From assembly GCF_001194135.2 (NCBI RefSeq), contig NC_068987.1:47274907-47331200 (forward strand): a stretch of 56,294 nucleotides of DNA. Direction: 5' to 3'. A program made the translations under genes and the position numbers. This document shows positions 12,295-23,896 of this stretch, in pieces (the first letter of the stretch is position 1; each line of letters begins with the position of its first letter). The notes under the pieces were generated by a model, which worked only from the letters and a program-made list of their open reading frames with translations, was not told where the DNA came from and searched no databases. Source of the stretch: Octopus bimaculoides (taxonomy: Eukaryota).

Positions 12295-13040
12295 TTCTAT
12301 ATACCAGTGTAAAATTACTTCTGGTAATGAAGTATTTTTTTTATATAGGCAGCTCATCTTCTCAGTTATCTAAAAGAATTTCTAATCATTATTTTACATT
12401 TAGGGATAGGAATAAACATAACAGTACAGGACTTAGTAAATTAATTTGGTATCTAAAAGACTACAATAAGCAATTTAATTTAGATTGGTTTGTTCTCTCA
12501 ATTTTGAAACCTTACAATAAAAGCAAGGAATTCTGTCTTCTCTGTAATTCTGAACTATTTTTTACTCTTTTTTCTAAAAATCCCCTTGTAAACATGGTTA
12601 TAGAGTGTGCATACAGATGTAAATATTGGCAGAAACATACCTTTATTTCATAAAGTGATATCTATCATTTATATAATTTAAACATAAATTTCCTTCTTAC
12701 ATTTCACATTCACTAGATATATCTTTTTCCAAGACTATATTTAATTTACATATCGTTATATACTTCTCATTTATTTGGTTTTTTTCCTTCCTTTACCCCT
12801 CCTCTTTCTATAGGCTGCCTTTGATGTTATATCCTCTAATGTCTTTTTAAAAAAAACTTTATAGCATTCAGTTAATCACTTTACATATCCATCATATTCT
12901 GTTAAAATGTCTTATTGACGAGTTTCATTTCTTCATTTCCCTGAAGAGAAGATTACATTGTTTTACACCATTTTATTCCATTGGAATAATACCAGTGATA
13001 TCTTCAAAACATGTGTCAGAAGTAAAAGAATTTGAATAAC
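12295..13040 (+). mobile_element. PLE 3' fragment: GIY-YIG endonuclease and downstream terminal repeat with a decayed hammerhead
   Basis: Reads IYQCKITSGNEVF(fs)FYIGSSSSQLSKRISNH...STGLSKLIWYLKD...CLLCNSE...YRCKY. Stop at 12653. Confidence 0.8.
12936..13022 (+). ncRNA. Decayed type I hammerhead ribozyme
   Basis: CTGAAGA at 12941-12947, helix II GAAGAT/ATCTTC, GAAA mutated to AAAA (13006-13009), then CATGT and GTC at 13015-13017. It lies downstream of a PLE GIY-YIG ORF. Confidence 0.6.
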
Positions 13041-13069
13041 ACCTGTGTTTAACTCCATTTATTTATTTT

Positions 13070-13104
<35 letters not shown>

Positions 13105-13284
13105 CATATGATATTATATTATATATTACATATATATATTATATACATATGTATACATCCATATCTGTTAATAGTTATTTTCAAAACTTTTCTCGCTGGA
13201 TTACGTGTTTGTTTCTCTTTTTATATAATATATAATATATGTATATATATATTACTTATGCATATTATATATATATATATATAT

Positions 13285-13333
<49 letters not shown>

Positions 13334-13476
13334 CAGTGTATATATATTATAACTTTTATATATATATATATTATATATAATTTATATCTTATATATATCA
13401 TATATATATATACACATTATATATATATATATATATATATATACATTATATATATATACACACACACACACACATA

Positions 13477-14741
13477 CAGGAAGTAAACAGATACCTTTAA
13501 TTTTCAAAATTTTTGATCTAAGCATCTTAATATGTTTTTTTAAGCAGTGTAGAATTTACAATGTAATTATTCTCTTCCATTCCAGGTGCCATTATATTAA
13601 ATATTTGTGAAGAGTAACCATGCCACACACAAAAAATTCAGCAGAACTGTCAGATTTTCAAAGCGGTCGTATTGTTGGGCAATCTAAGGCTGGTCTTAGC
13701 CAGTGAAAAATTGCCGAAAATCTTCAAATTCCTCTTGCTACTGTTAATAGAATTATAGTGCAATTCAAAAGCCAAGGAAAAGAATCAACAGATTCCCGTC
13801 CTGGTCAACCTGGGCCCTCGGAAAGGAAGCTTCGCTGTTTGAAGAGAATTGTGGAAAACGAATCCTGTTCGAAGGCTTCTGACATTGCAAAACAGCTAGA
13901 AGTTAATCCAAGAACGTGTGTTACATATCTGCATAAGTTTGGGTATTATGTACGAGCAGCTAGATGGAAAACCTCTCCTTCAACCAATTAATATCACGAA
14001 AAGAAAGAACGAAATGGGCTAAGAAGATGTCAGAAAAATCCAGTTCATTTTGGGATAGAGTGATTTTCTCAGATGAATCCAGATTTGCATTATTTTCAGA
14101 CTGTGGACGTGTTTGGGTCTGGAGGTTTCCCAATCAAGAATTGGATTTGAAACAACTCCAACCAACTGTGAAACATGGCGGTCTCTCTGTAATGGTATGG
14201 AGAGCTGTCACCAGCAATGGTCGTTCTGAGCTGATTGAATGTGTTGGAACCATAAACTCTGAAAAATATATCGAAATACTTAAGCAAGGACTACTTCCGA
14301 TATATTCACACAATAGCATATCGAAAAATGAGTTTTTGTTCATGGAGGATGGGGCTCCATGCCACACAGCGAAAAAGAATCAACAATGGCTGACTGAAAA
14401 TGGGATTAAAAAGCTTCCTTGGCAGCGCCAATCTCCTGACATGAACCCAATTGAAAATCTTTGGAGCATACTAGATAGAGCTATACGAAAAACTCGACAG
14501 AAACCTAAATCTAAAGATGAATTGTTTCGATCATTGCGTGAAAAGTGGGCAGAAATTCCACAAGAGACAATCACAAAGTGCATCAGTTCAATGCCAAACG
14601 GAGTTTCTGAATTAAAAACTGCAAAGAGAAGGTCAACTAAATACTAAAGTATGTAGTCCTACCTATCGATTACATTTCAAATGTTTGCTTTGCATATTAA
14701 ATAAAAGATTTTGAAAATTAAAGATGTCTATTTACTTCCTG
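13477..14741 (+). mobile_element. Full-length Tc1 (DD34E) DNA transposon, inactivated
   Basis: It has ~39-bp imperfect TIRs (CAGGAAGTAAAcAGAtAcCTTTAATTTTCAAAAT), TA on the left and CA on the right. Transposase runs ATG 13620 to stop 14647 with SDESRF, MEDGAPCH and NPIENLW (34 residues between D and E). It carries a TGA at 13704 and two frameshifts at ~13965-14010. Confidence 0.95.
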
Positions 14742-14783
14742 CATGTCTGTGTATATACATATATACATTATATATAAATATAC

Positions 14784-15601
14784 TGTAGCAAACTCATAAG
14801 AGGCGGAGAGAGAACGTAAGTTCGGTTGCCCGAACACGAGAAATTATTGATTTCTCATTGGTTAAAAATTACTGCCCATATACGAATTATCAACTTCGTT
14901 GAAGAAATCTTTCACAGGGTTACGGTTCTATGATTCGTGTATGAGTAGTTATAAAAACCCTGATTTTCGGCAAAATCTCCAGTGATCGTTGGATGTTACT
15001 CAAGTCCACGACACTCACCCTTTTGAGTATAGGCTAATATATATGCCATGTTCAATACTCAAATCCGACAATATTGAATTGTCGTGAAACCTTATTAGTT
15101 AGAATGAGAAACTAGTTAATAATAAATTTAAGTCGTAAATTCTCTACGGCGAAATGCTTTGTTTCTAAATTTCTATAAATGTAAAAATATGTATATAATA
15201 AATTAATGTAGAAACTTAATTCCTTTTACTTCTCGTTTCTTTCAACTTGTTGAATTTATTTCTGTATATTAATGAAACTGTATTTTTTTTATGTGTAACG
15301 GTCAAGAAAATATAATCTAATGAACGCACAGTCAGCGTCTTGTCATGTATACATCATAACATTTACGCAGCCTAAACTAAACTAAGAGTTATGCTTAGTG
15401 ATAAATACTTATAATTAAGTTATAAGTAACGAGATTATCATTATAGTTTTTTAATTAAATAAACAATAATATTTGTTATAACTTATGAATGAAAACATTG
15501 TAAATAAAGATATAGTATATCTCACACTTCAACGACCTGTTGTGATAACAAACAACCAACATAAAAAAACTGGTGTCCGACCTGTTATACACAAAAATAC
15601 A
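14784..15601 (+). mobile_element. Possible solo LTR or other young repeat
   Basis: TGTA...TACA ends inside TA tracts, with GGCGG, ATTGG and TATAAAA motifs, AATAAA near the 3' end, and CpG retained. No convincing TSD. Confidence 0.25.
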
Positions 15602-16129
15602 TATATATATGTATATATAATTATTATATATATATTATATATACACATTATATATGTATATTATATCATTCAACCATGGTAGTGGTTGAATATATTCTTA
15701 AGTCCACTATTTCGTCAATTGCAGTGGCTTCCGACCTTCACCACTAATTCAGTTCTCAACTAAACTGCAAACTGTTAATTGTTTTAAAGCGGACACCTCC
15801 TCAGCTATACTTTGGCATTTGAGATTTGGTTTAGTAAAAAAAAAGTTACATCAAAATATCTGCAACCTCAAGGGGGGCAGTAAGGCAGATATTCATCTTC
15901 AGTTAACATAAATTTTAAAATTTTAAATTAAAAGTATACCTTTCTTAGGCTTAAATGATAGAAAAATGCATGAGGAATTCAAAATCGCTAGTCGCATTGA
16001 ACAAAAATGAGCAGAAAAAGAATTATGAGGAAAAATGTTACGAAATTGAATGTAAGTAAGTAAGGGAGTAATGCATACGCAATAAGAATAAAGAATATAT
16101 TTCTAAAATGAATGTTTACATTCTAAGTC

Positions 16130-16430
16130 AGCAATCTGGCAGAAGCATTAGTGCGCCGGGTGAAATGCTTAACAGTATTTCGTCTCTTTACGTTTTGAGT
16201 TTAAATTTCGCCAAGGTCGACTTTGACATACAGATTATTATTTAAGTAATTTTTTTAAACTAAACACTTTCAAACTTCCGATACTGGTAGGATGTGTCAC
16301 ATAGAACAGGGTTTACTCTTAACGTTTTTGACAAAATTTTGTATTTTAGAAGTGGTATTTCATTTGTGTTTATGTTCTAAGTTCAAATTCTGTCATGGTC
16401 GACTTGCCTTTCATCCATTTCGGATCTATT
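16130..16430 (+). mobile_element. tRNA-derived SINE family B fragments (two partial copies)
   Basis: ctggcagaagcattag...aaatgcttaacagtatttcg...gagtttaaatttcgccaaggtcgactttg, matching the better copy at 43733-43895. Confidence 0.7.
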
Positions 16431-16661
16431 CAATTTGACATACAGATTATTTAATTAATTTTTTTTTTACTTAAACACTTTAAAACTTATGGTAGAATAT
16501 GTCACATAGAACAGGGTTTACTCTTAATGTTTTGACAAAATTTTGTATTTTAGAAGTTATTTCATCAGAAGTTACAGAGTGACAATGGACAAATTTGTGT
16601 TTGATAAGTGCCAATACACGAAACTCTCAGCTTTTGACTTACTATCTAACTTCTGCTGATG

Positions 16662-16695
<34 letters not shown>

Positions 16696-17952
16696 TACAC
16701 ATATGTATAAAAAGATCTCATCACACAATCAAACCAATGAAAGAGCCTCTACCTGGTCGCTCGACATGTTAAAAATAGCAGCCAAAGTATACCCCTACCT
16801 AAATCACATGTCCATTGTATGTAATGTCCTAGATTGTCCCTAAAAAGATGGTTTGCTGAAGGCTGAAATGTCTTTGATGATAGGTTTGCAGTATCAGGAT
16901 TGATTTGAGGCTAAATAACAACAACATTATGGTAAATTTTTATATTAACACCTGCATGATTTTCTCTAAGAAAAAAAAGAAGAAAAAATTGATCTTTTTA
17001 CATGGAATCAAGTACCCTGACCTCCTAATATGTTGGAAATCCCTTATTTTGGTTCAGAAAAAATGAGGCAGGTAAGTTCCCCTCACCACCAATCCCGGAA
17101 TCACTGGAAATTTTTTTTCATTGAATGAATTCCTGTGACCTAATATTGCAAAATTAGGTTACTTAAGGTGAGTCTGGTAACTGATGGTTTTGGGGTCTTG
17201 TTTGTAACTTTTGGTGAGCCATGGTGCAACCAACAACATGGTAAAAATCCCTGCTATTAATTTGGTGTGGATGGGTAATATCAAATAAATCAATCACAAC
17301 ATATATTTAAATTAAACATGAAAAAAATTGAAATATTATCAACACTTACATGGAAAAATTGAAATATTATCTATCAGTAATTTATAAGGTAAAATCTTAA
17401 ATTATTAAATGACACATTATAAATTATCTTATAAAAGCGATGCCTGGAAAAATCATGGATTACATGGAAAAATGCAAGTATGAAAAGTAATATTCTTAAA
17501 TTATAAAGCTAGAAAAGTATAGGACAAGCTATTACTTCCAGTAAAATAGAGAATAAGAAACATTTTACTTAAAATATTGCAGCTAAAATTTAAATTTGAA
17601 TAATAAAACTTATTTTATTATAGTTTACAAATAACACTATACTTAATATAAGTAGAATTTGGCTAATTTACTACCTTAAATGCAGAAAAAGGTGACTAAT
17701 TAGACAAACTTACAAATTAGCTAAACAGTTTTGTACAATAAATTTAAAAGATGAGAACTGTAAAGAGGGATAAATTAGAAGAACTGGCATTCTTTGCTGC
17801 AATATTTTAAGTAACAAGTTTCTTATTCTTTACTTTACTAGAAGTAATAGCTTGTCTTATACTTTTCCAGGTGTAATAACTTGTCTTGTACTTTTCCAGG
17901 TATATAATCTTAAGAATATTATTTTTCATGCTCACATTTTTCCATGTAATAT

Positions 17953-18330
17953 ATGGCTGTGTGGTAAGTAGCTTGCTTACCAACTACATGGTTCCGGGTT
18001 CAGTCCCACTGCGTGGCACCTTGGGCAAGTGACTTCTACTATAGCCTCAGCCGACCAAAGCCTTGTGAGCGGATTTGGTAGACGGAAACTGAATGAAGCC
18101 TGTTGTGTATATATATGTATATGTTTGTGTATCTATGTTTGTCCCCCCCAACATCGCTTGACAACTGATGCTGGTGTGTTTACGTCCCTGTAACTTAACG
18201 GTTCGGCAAAAGAGACAGATAGAATAAGTACTATGCTTACAAAGAATAAGTTCTGAGGACATTTTTCTCGACTAAATGTGGTGCTCTAGCATGGCTGCAG
18301 TCAAATGACTGAAACAAACAAAAAAGAATA
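17953..18330 (+). mobile_element. SINE family A, full length
   Basis: A/B boxes, CORE-like segment, internal microsatellite, 3' half and A-rich end. Confidence 0.9.
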
Positions 18331-18411
18331 ATATAATATATATATATATATTTCGTATGTGTATTTCGTGTGCAAGATTCTTGATGTGGATACGTGTGTT
18401 GAAAGAAATAT

Positions 18412-18878
18412 AATTAAACCTTGGGAGAGGCATTATGCCAGTAATAAACACACGCACTAGTTCAGTCCTTTATTAATTTATATATCATCATCATCATCAT
18501 CATCGTTTAACGTCCGCCTTCCATGCTAGCATGGGTTGGACGATTTGACTGAGGACTTGTACTCTTGCAATCTCTTCAGTAACTTGTCTCTCCACTTCCA
18601 TTTATTTTGAATGTATGATCTAGCGTTGTTTTGGCGTTGTTTCGAAACTGCTCATATGAGCGTGCACACATATGAGCTTGCACACACTCACATGCTCATA
18701 CTGAACAGTTTCGAAACAACGCCAGATCATACATTCAAAATAAATGGAAGTGGAGAGACAAGTTACTGAAGAGATTGCAAGAGTGCAATGAAATAATTTA
18801 ACAAAAACTATATAAATTAATAAAGGACTGAACCAGTGCGTGTGTTTATTACTGGCATAATGCCTCTCCCAAGGTTTA

Positions 18879-18881
<3 letters not shown>
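18412..18881. repeat. Nested inverted repeat (probable PLE terminal foldback) interrupted by an RTE tail
   Basis: Outer arms 18412-18484 / 18809-18881 (73 bp, 1 mismatch) and inner arms 18557-18650 / 18706-18788. The RTE tail occupies 18485-18556. Confidence 0.85.
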
Positions 18882-18915
<34 letters not shown>

Positions 18916-18968
18916 TATATATATACATATATATTATATATATACACATATATTATATACTTTTTTTA

Positions 18969-19368
18969 CTCTTTTACTTGTTTCAGTCATTTGACTGCGG
19001 TCATGCTGGAGCACCACCTTTAGTTGAATACATCGACTCCAGGACTTATTCTTTGTAATCCTAGTACTTATTCTATCGGACTCTTTTTGCCGAACCACTA
19101 GGTGACAGGGACGTAAACACACCAGCATTGGTTGTCAAGCGATGGTGGGGGGATAAACACAGACACAAACAATAAACACATACATATATACACACACACA
19201 TATATATATCTATACGACGGGCTTCTTTCAGCTTCTGTCTACCAAATCCACTCACAACGCTTTGGTCAGCCTCAGGCTATAGTAGAAGACACTTGTCCAA
19301 GGTGCCACGCAGTCTGACTGAACCTGAAACCATGTGGTTGGGAAACAAGCTTCTTACCAAATGGCCAT
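18969..19368 (-). mobile_element. SINE family A, full length
   Basis: Reverse complement of the family consensus. Confidence 0.9.
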
Positions 19369-19469
19369 TCCTATAACTATATATTATATAAATGTATATA
19401 TATATATATATCTTACACATATATATGTATATATTATATGTATAATTAGTATATATACTTATATATATC

Positions 19470-19872
19470 TACGTGACACATGCGTACAAACAGCCATGCT
19501 TCATGGCAGTGAAACATGGGCAGTGACTGCTGAAGAGATGCATAGGCTCGCAAGGCATGAAGCCAGTTTGCTCCGATGGATGTGTAATGTCAGTGTGCAT
19601 ACTAGACAGAGCGTAAGTACCTTGAGAGAAAAGTTGAACCTAAGAAGCATCAGTTGTGGTGTGCAAGAGAGACGATTGTGCTGGTATGGTCATGTGGCGA
19701 GAATGGATGAGGATAGCTGTGTGAAAAAGTGCCACACCCTAGCAGTTGAGGGAACCCGTGGAAGAGGTAGGCCCCAGGAAAACCTGGGATGAGGTGGTGA
19801 GGCACGACCTTTGAACATTGGGCCTCACCGAGGCGATGACTTCTGACCGAGACCTTTGGAAATATACTGTGC
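19470..19872 (+). mobile_element. RTE LINE ORF C-terminal fragment
   Basis: Reads AMLHGSETWAV...LLRWMCNV...RRLCWYGHVARMDEDSCVKKC...GTRGRGRP(fs)KTWDEVV. Confidence 0.9.
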
Positions 19873-20833
19873 NNNNNNNNNNNNNNNNNNNNNNNNNNNN
19901 NNNNNNNNNNNNNNNNNNNNNNNNNNNNNNNNNNNNNNNNNNNNNNNNNNNNNNNNNNNNNNNNNNNNNNNNNNNNNNNNNNNNNNNNNNNNNNNNNNNN
20001 NNNNNNNNNNNNNNNNNNNNNNNNNNNNNNNNNNNNNNNNNNNNNNNNNNNNNNNNNNNNNNNNNNNNNNNNNNNNNNNNNNNNNNNNNNNNNNNNNNNN
20101 NNNNNNNNNNNNNNNNNNNNNNNNNNNNNNNNNNNNNNNNNNNNNNNNNNNNNNNNNNNNNNNNNNNNNNNNNNNNNNNNNNNNNNNNNNNNNNNNNNNN
20201 NNNNNNNNNNNNNNNNNNNNNNNNNNNNNNNNNNNNNNNNNNNNNNNNNNNNNNNNNNNNNNNNNNNNNNNNNNNNNNNNNNNNNNNNNNNNNNNNNNNN
20301 NNNNNNNNNNNNNNNNNNNNNNNNNNNNNNNNNNNNNNNNNNNNNNNNNNNNNNNNNNNNNNNNNNNNNNNNNNNNNNNNNNNNNNNNNNNNNNNNNNNN
20401 NNNNNNNNNNNNNNNNNNNNNNNNNNNNNNNNNNNNNNNNNNNNNNNNNNNNNNNNNNNNNNNNNNNNNNNNNNNNNNNNNNNNNNNNNNNNNNNNNNNN
20501 NNNNNNNNNNNNNNNNNNNNNNNNNNNNNNNNNNNNNNNNNNNNNNNNNNNNNNNNNNNNNNNNNNNNNNNNNNNNNNNNNNNNNNNNNNNNNNNNNNNN
20601 NNNNNNNNNNNNNNNNNNNNNNNNNNNNNNNNNNNNNNNNNNNNNNNNNNNNNNNNNNNNNNNNNNNNNNNNNNNNNNNNNNNNNNNNNNNNNNNNNNNN
20701 NNNNNNNNNNNNNNNNNNNNNNNNNNNNNNNNNNNNNNNNNNNNNNNNNNNNNNNNNNNNNNNNNNNNNNNNTATATATATATATATATATATTATATTA
20801 TATTATATTATATTATATTATGTATATATGGGA

Positions 20834-21209
20834 ATGGCTGTGTGGTAAGTAGCTTGCTTCCCAAGCACATGGTTTCAGGTTCAGTCCCTCTGTGTGGTTC
20901 CTTGAGCAAGTGTCTCCAGCTATAGCCTCAGGTTGACCAATGCCTTGTGAGTGGATTTGGTAGATGAAAACTGAAAGAAGCCTGTCGTAGATATATATGT
21001 GTGTATGTGTGTGTGTATTTGTCCCTCCAAGATCGCTTGACAACTGATGCTGGTTTGTTTATGTCCCTGTAACTTACCAGTTCGGCAATAGAGGCCAATA
21101 GAATAAGTACTCGGCTTACAAAGTATAAGTCCCAGGGTCAATTTGCTCGACTAAAGGCCATGCTCCAGCATGGCCGCAGTCAAATGACTGAAAGAAATAA
21201 AAGAAAAGA

Positions 21210-21210
<1 letters not shown>
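20834..21210 (+). mobile_element. SINE family A, full length
   Basis: Family motifs present throughout. Confidence 0.85.
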
Positions 21211-21248
<38 letters not shown>

Positions 21249-21259
21249 GTACTTTTCCA

Positions 21260-21600
21260 CACCAGACTGGTCACTAGAAGAGGTCCAATTATTCTTCATG
21301 ACAATGCTTGACTACACGTTTCAGTAATGATGCTCGAGAAGTTGAGGGAACTCGGCTTTGAAGTTCTTCCCTACCCAGCTTATTCCCAAGACCTTTCTCC
21401 TACTGACTACCACTTTTTCAAGCTCCTTGATGGTTCCTAGTATGAGAAGGAGTTCGAAAATTAAACTGATGCTGAAAGTGCTTTCAAAGTGTTCATCAGC
21501 TCCAGAACTCCAGATTTTTATGTTACTGGAATAAAGAAACTTATAATTTGTTGGCAAATGGCGTTGATTGTAATGGTACTTACTTCGATGAATAAAATTT
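21260..21600 (+). mobile_element. Mariner transposase C-terminal remnant
   Basis: Reads GPIILHDNA*LHV...LGFEVLPYPAYSQDLSPTDYHFF, the mariner HDNA and YSPDL motifs. Confidence 0.85.
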
Positions 21601-21645
21601 CCATATTATTGAAATATACCTTGATGAATTTAATGTTTCAAAACG

Positions 21646-21797
21646 TTGCTTGTGTGGTAAGTAGCTTGCTTACCAGCCACATGTTCCGTGTTCAGTCCTA
21701 CTGCATGGCACCTTGGGCAAGTGTCTTCTACTATAACCTCAGACCAACCAAAGCCTTGTAAGTGGATTTGGTAGACGGAAACTGGAAGAAGCCCGTC

Positions 21798-21832
<35 letters not shown>

Positions 21833-22035
21833 CCTGTGTGTCTTTCTCTGTCCCCCCACCATCACTTGATAATTGATGTTGGTGTGTTTATGTCCCCGTA
21901 ACTTAGCAGTTCAGTAAAAGTGACCAATAGAATAAGTACTAGGCTTACAAAGAATAAGTCCTGAGGTTGATTTGTTCAATTAAAGGTGGTGCTCTAGCAT
22001 GGCTGCAGTCAAATGACTGAAACAAGTAAAAGAAT
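21646..22035 (+). mobile_element. SINE family A, full length
   Basis: Family motifs present, with an internal (TG)n. Confidence 0.9.
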
Positions 22036-22059
22036 ATTTATATATATATATAAAGATAT

Positions 22060-22895
22060 ACCTACATGTGAGTGTGAATATATATCTACACTGGGAAGTC
22101 TTTCTGAAGAATAGCAATCTCTCCTTTACAACACTAATTCTCATGCCTGCCTCACAACCCTCGGCAGCAAAACTTTTCAGTGCAAACTGGAGATCACATT
22201 CTGCTGTGCCAAGTAGCATCATGTTGTCTGCAAATATCTGGCAACTGATTTGAAACTTATTGGTTGTGATACCATATCTACAATGGCTTCAAAAACCTAT
22301 CCAGCTCATAAAAATTTTGAAAAGGAGAGGTGATAATATACACCCCTGTTGAAGTCCAACACCCAAGTCGAAACACAAGCATCTGCAGATTCATATAGGG
22401 ACTTCATGGCAATGACAAGTTGCCCAGTAATCTCAAACTCGTGCAAAATCTTCTATAGCATGTCCTGCAGTACGTGGTCACATGCCTTTACAATATCTAC
22501 AAAGCAAGTAGAACACCTCTTGACAGCAGACCCATGATCTCTTGCTGCATCAAGGATGGAAACCACTTTGTTCTTTAGTTAGCTTGGATGCAATAATTTC
22601 CCTACATCTCACTTCCAGGTACTGAAGGTAGACTTTGCAGAGGTGACTTAATAAGAAGATGCCTTTTCTCAACTCAGTCTTGAAGTGAATCATTGGAAAA
22701 ACTGAAGTTCTCGAATCAACCTTTCCATACTCATCTCCCCTTCAGCTCATCCTCATTGGTGACATTCCTCTATTGCAGGTAGGCTTATTCTGCTATCTTA
22801 GAAGCATGATTTCTAACACCGGACTCATTGATGAGGAGATATTCTGTCAAATCAACTTGGCCTCTGCCTCTTTCAGGAGACTCAGTGAACATGCA
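22060..22895 (-). mobile_element. RTE-clade LINE RT-domain remnant
   Basis: Reads CFVDIVKACDHV; VGLQQGCILSPLLFKIFM; IFADNMMLLG...DLQFALKSFAAE...GMRIS. Confidence 0.8.
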
Positions 22896-22903
22896 CATAT
22901 ATA

Positions 22904-23777
22904 TTAGGTTGTTTGGAAAATACATTTTTTCAAATTTGATTTAAGATGTTATTTTTGTAGTGTTTTAGATGAAATTTTACATGTTTACTAACTGATGTAT
23001 ATTCTTTAGTATATTTTTATTGATTTCTTTCAGAATATAATTTTGAAGCATAGAAATCCTTAATTCCAAACATGAAAAAAGAAGAAATGCATTTACTTTT
23101 TTTGCATGAATTCAAGCTTGGACATAATGCTTCTCAAACAGCCGCCAATATCAACAAAGCATGAGATGAAGAGTCTACTAATGATCGGACAGTACAACAG
23201 TGGTTTGAGAGATTCCATAGTGGGGATGAGTGCCTTGAAGATCAAGAAGGTAGAGAATGTCCATCCACCCTTGATGATCAACATTTAAAAACAACAGTCA
23301 AATACAACCCACGACAAAGTATCAGAGAAATGTTTCATATGCTTGGTGCCTGTAAGCAATTGCAAGAAATGCATGTTAATCAATATGGTCTAATTCTGCT
23401 CCATGACAACACTGAACCACATGTTTCCAGGATGACACAGGAGAGCTCACAGACTTGGGATACGAGACTTTGCCACACCCTCCACATTCCCCTGTTCTTT
23501 CGCCCACCGACTACGACTTTTTCAAGCATCTAGACATTTTTTTAAGACAAAAAAACCCTTCTATTCCAAAACCAAGGTCAAAATTGAATTCAAAGATTTC
23601 TTGGCAGCAAAACCATTGAATTTTACCAAAGAAGCATAAATGACCGTGTTAATTAATGGGAGAAATGGATAGCTGTTCAGGGATCATACTTTGAATAATT
23701 AAATCTTTCTCTAAGTTCATTTTTTCAAGAATATAGGCTTATTTTTAAAATTGGCCATTATTTTCCAAATGACCTAA
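22904..23777 (+). mobile_element. Internally deleted mariner element with both TIRs and TA TSD
   Basis: TA|TTAGGTTGTTTGGAAAATA ... TATTTTCCAAATGACCTAA|TA. N-terminal LHEFKLGHNASQTAANIN and C-terminal LLHDN...HPPHSPVLSPTDYDFF are present; the middle is missing. Confidence 0.9.
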
Positions 23778-23896
23778 TATATTTATATATATATATACAT
23801 ATATACATATACACACACACACACACATGTATATACACACAAACATATATGCATACTCATATACACATATTTACAAATGCATACAAGTACATACAT

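Noticed and set aside
17953-18030. tRNA-like A/B boxes
   Set aside because: These are SINE heads that continue into the SINE body with no cloverleaf, not tRNA genes.
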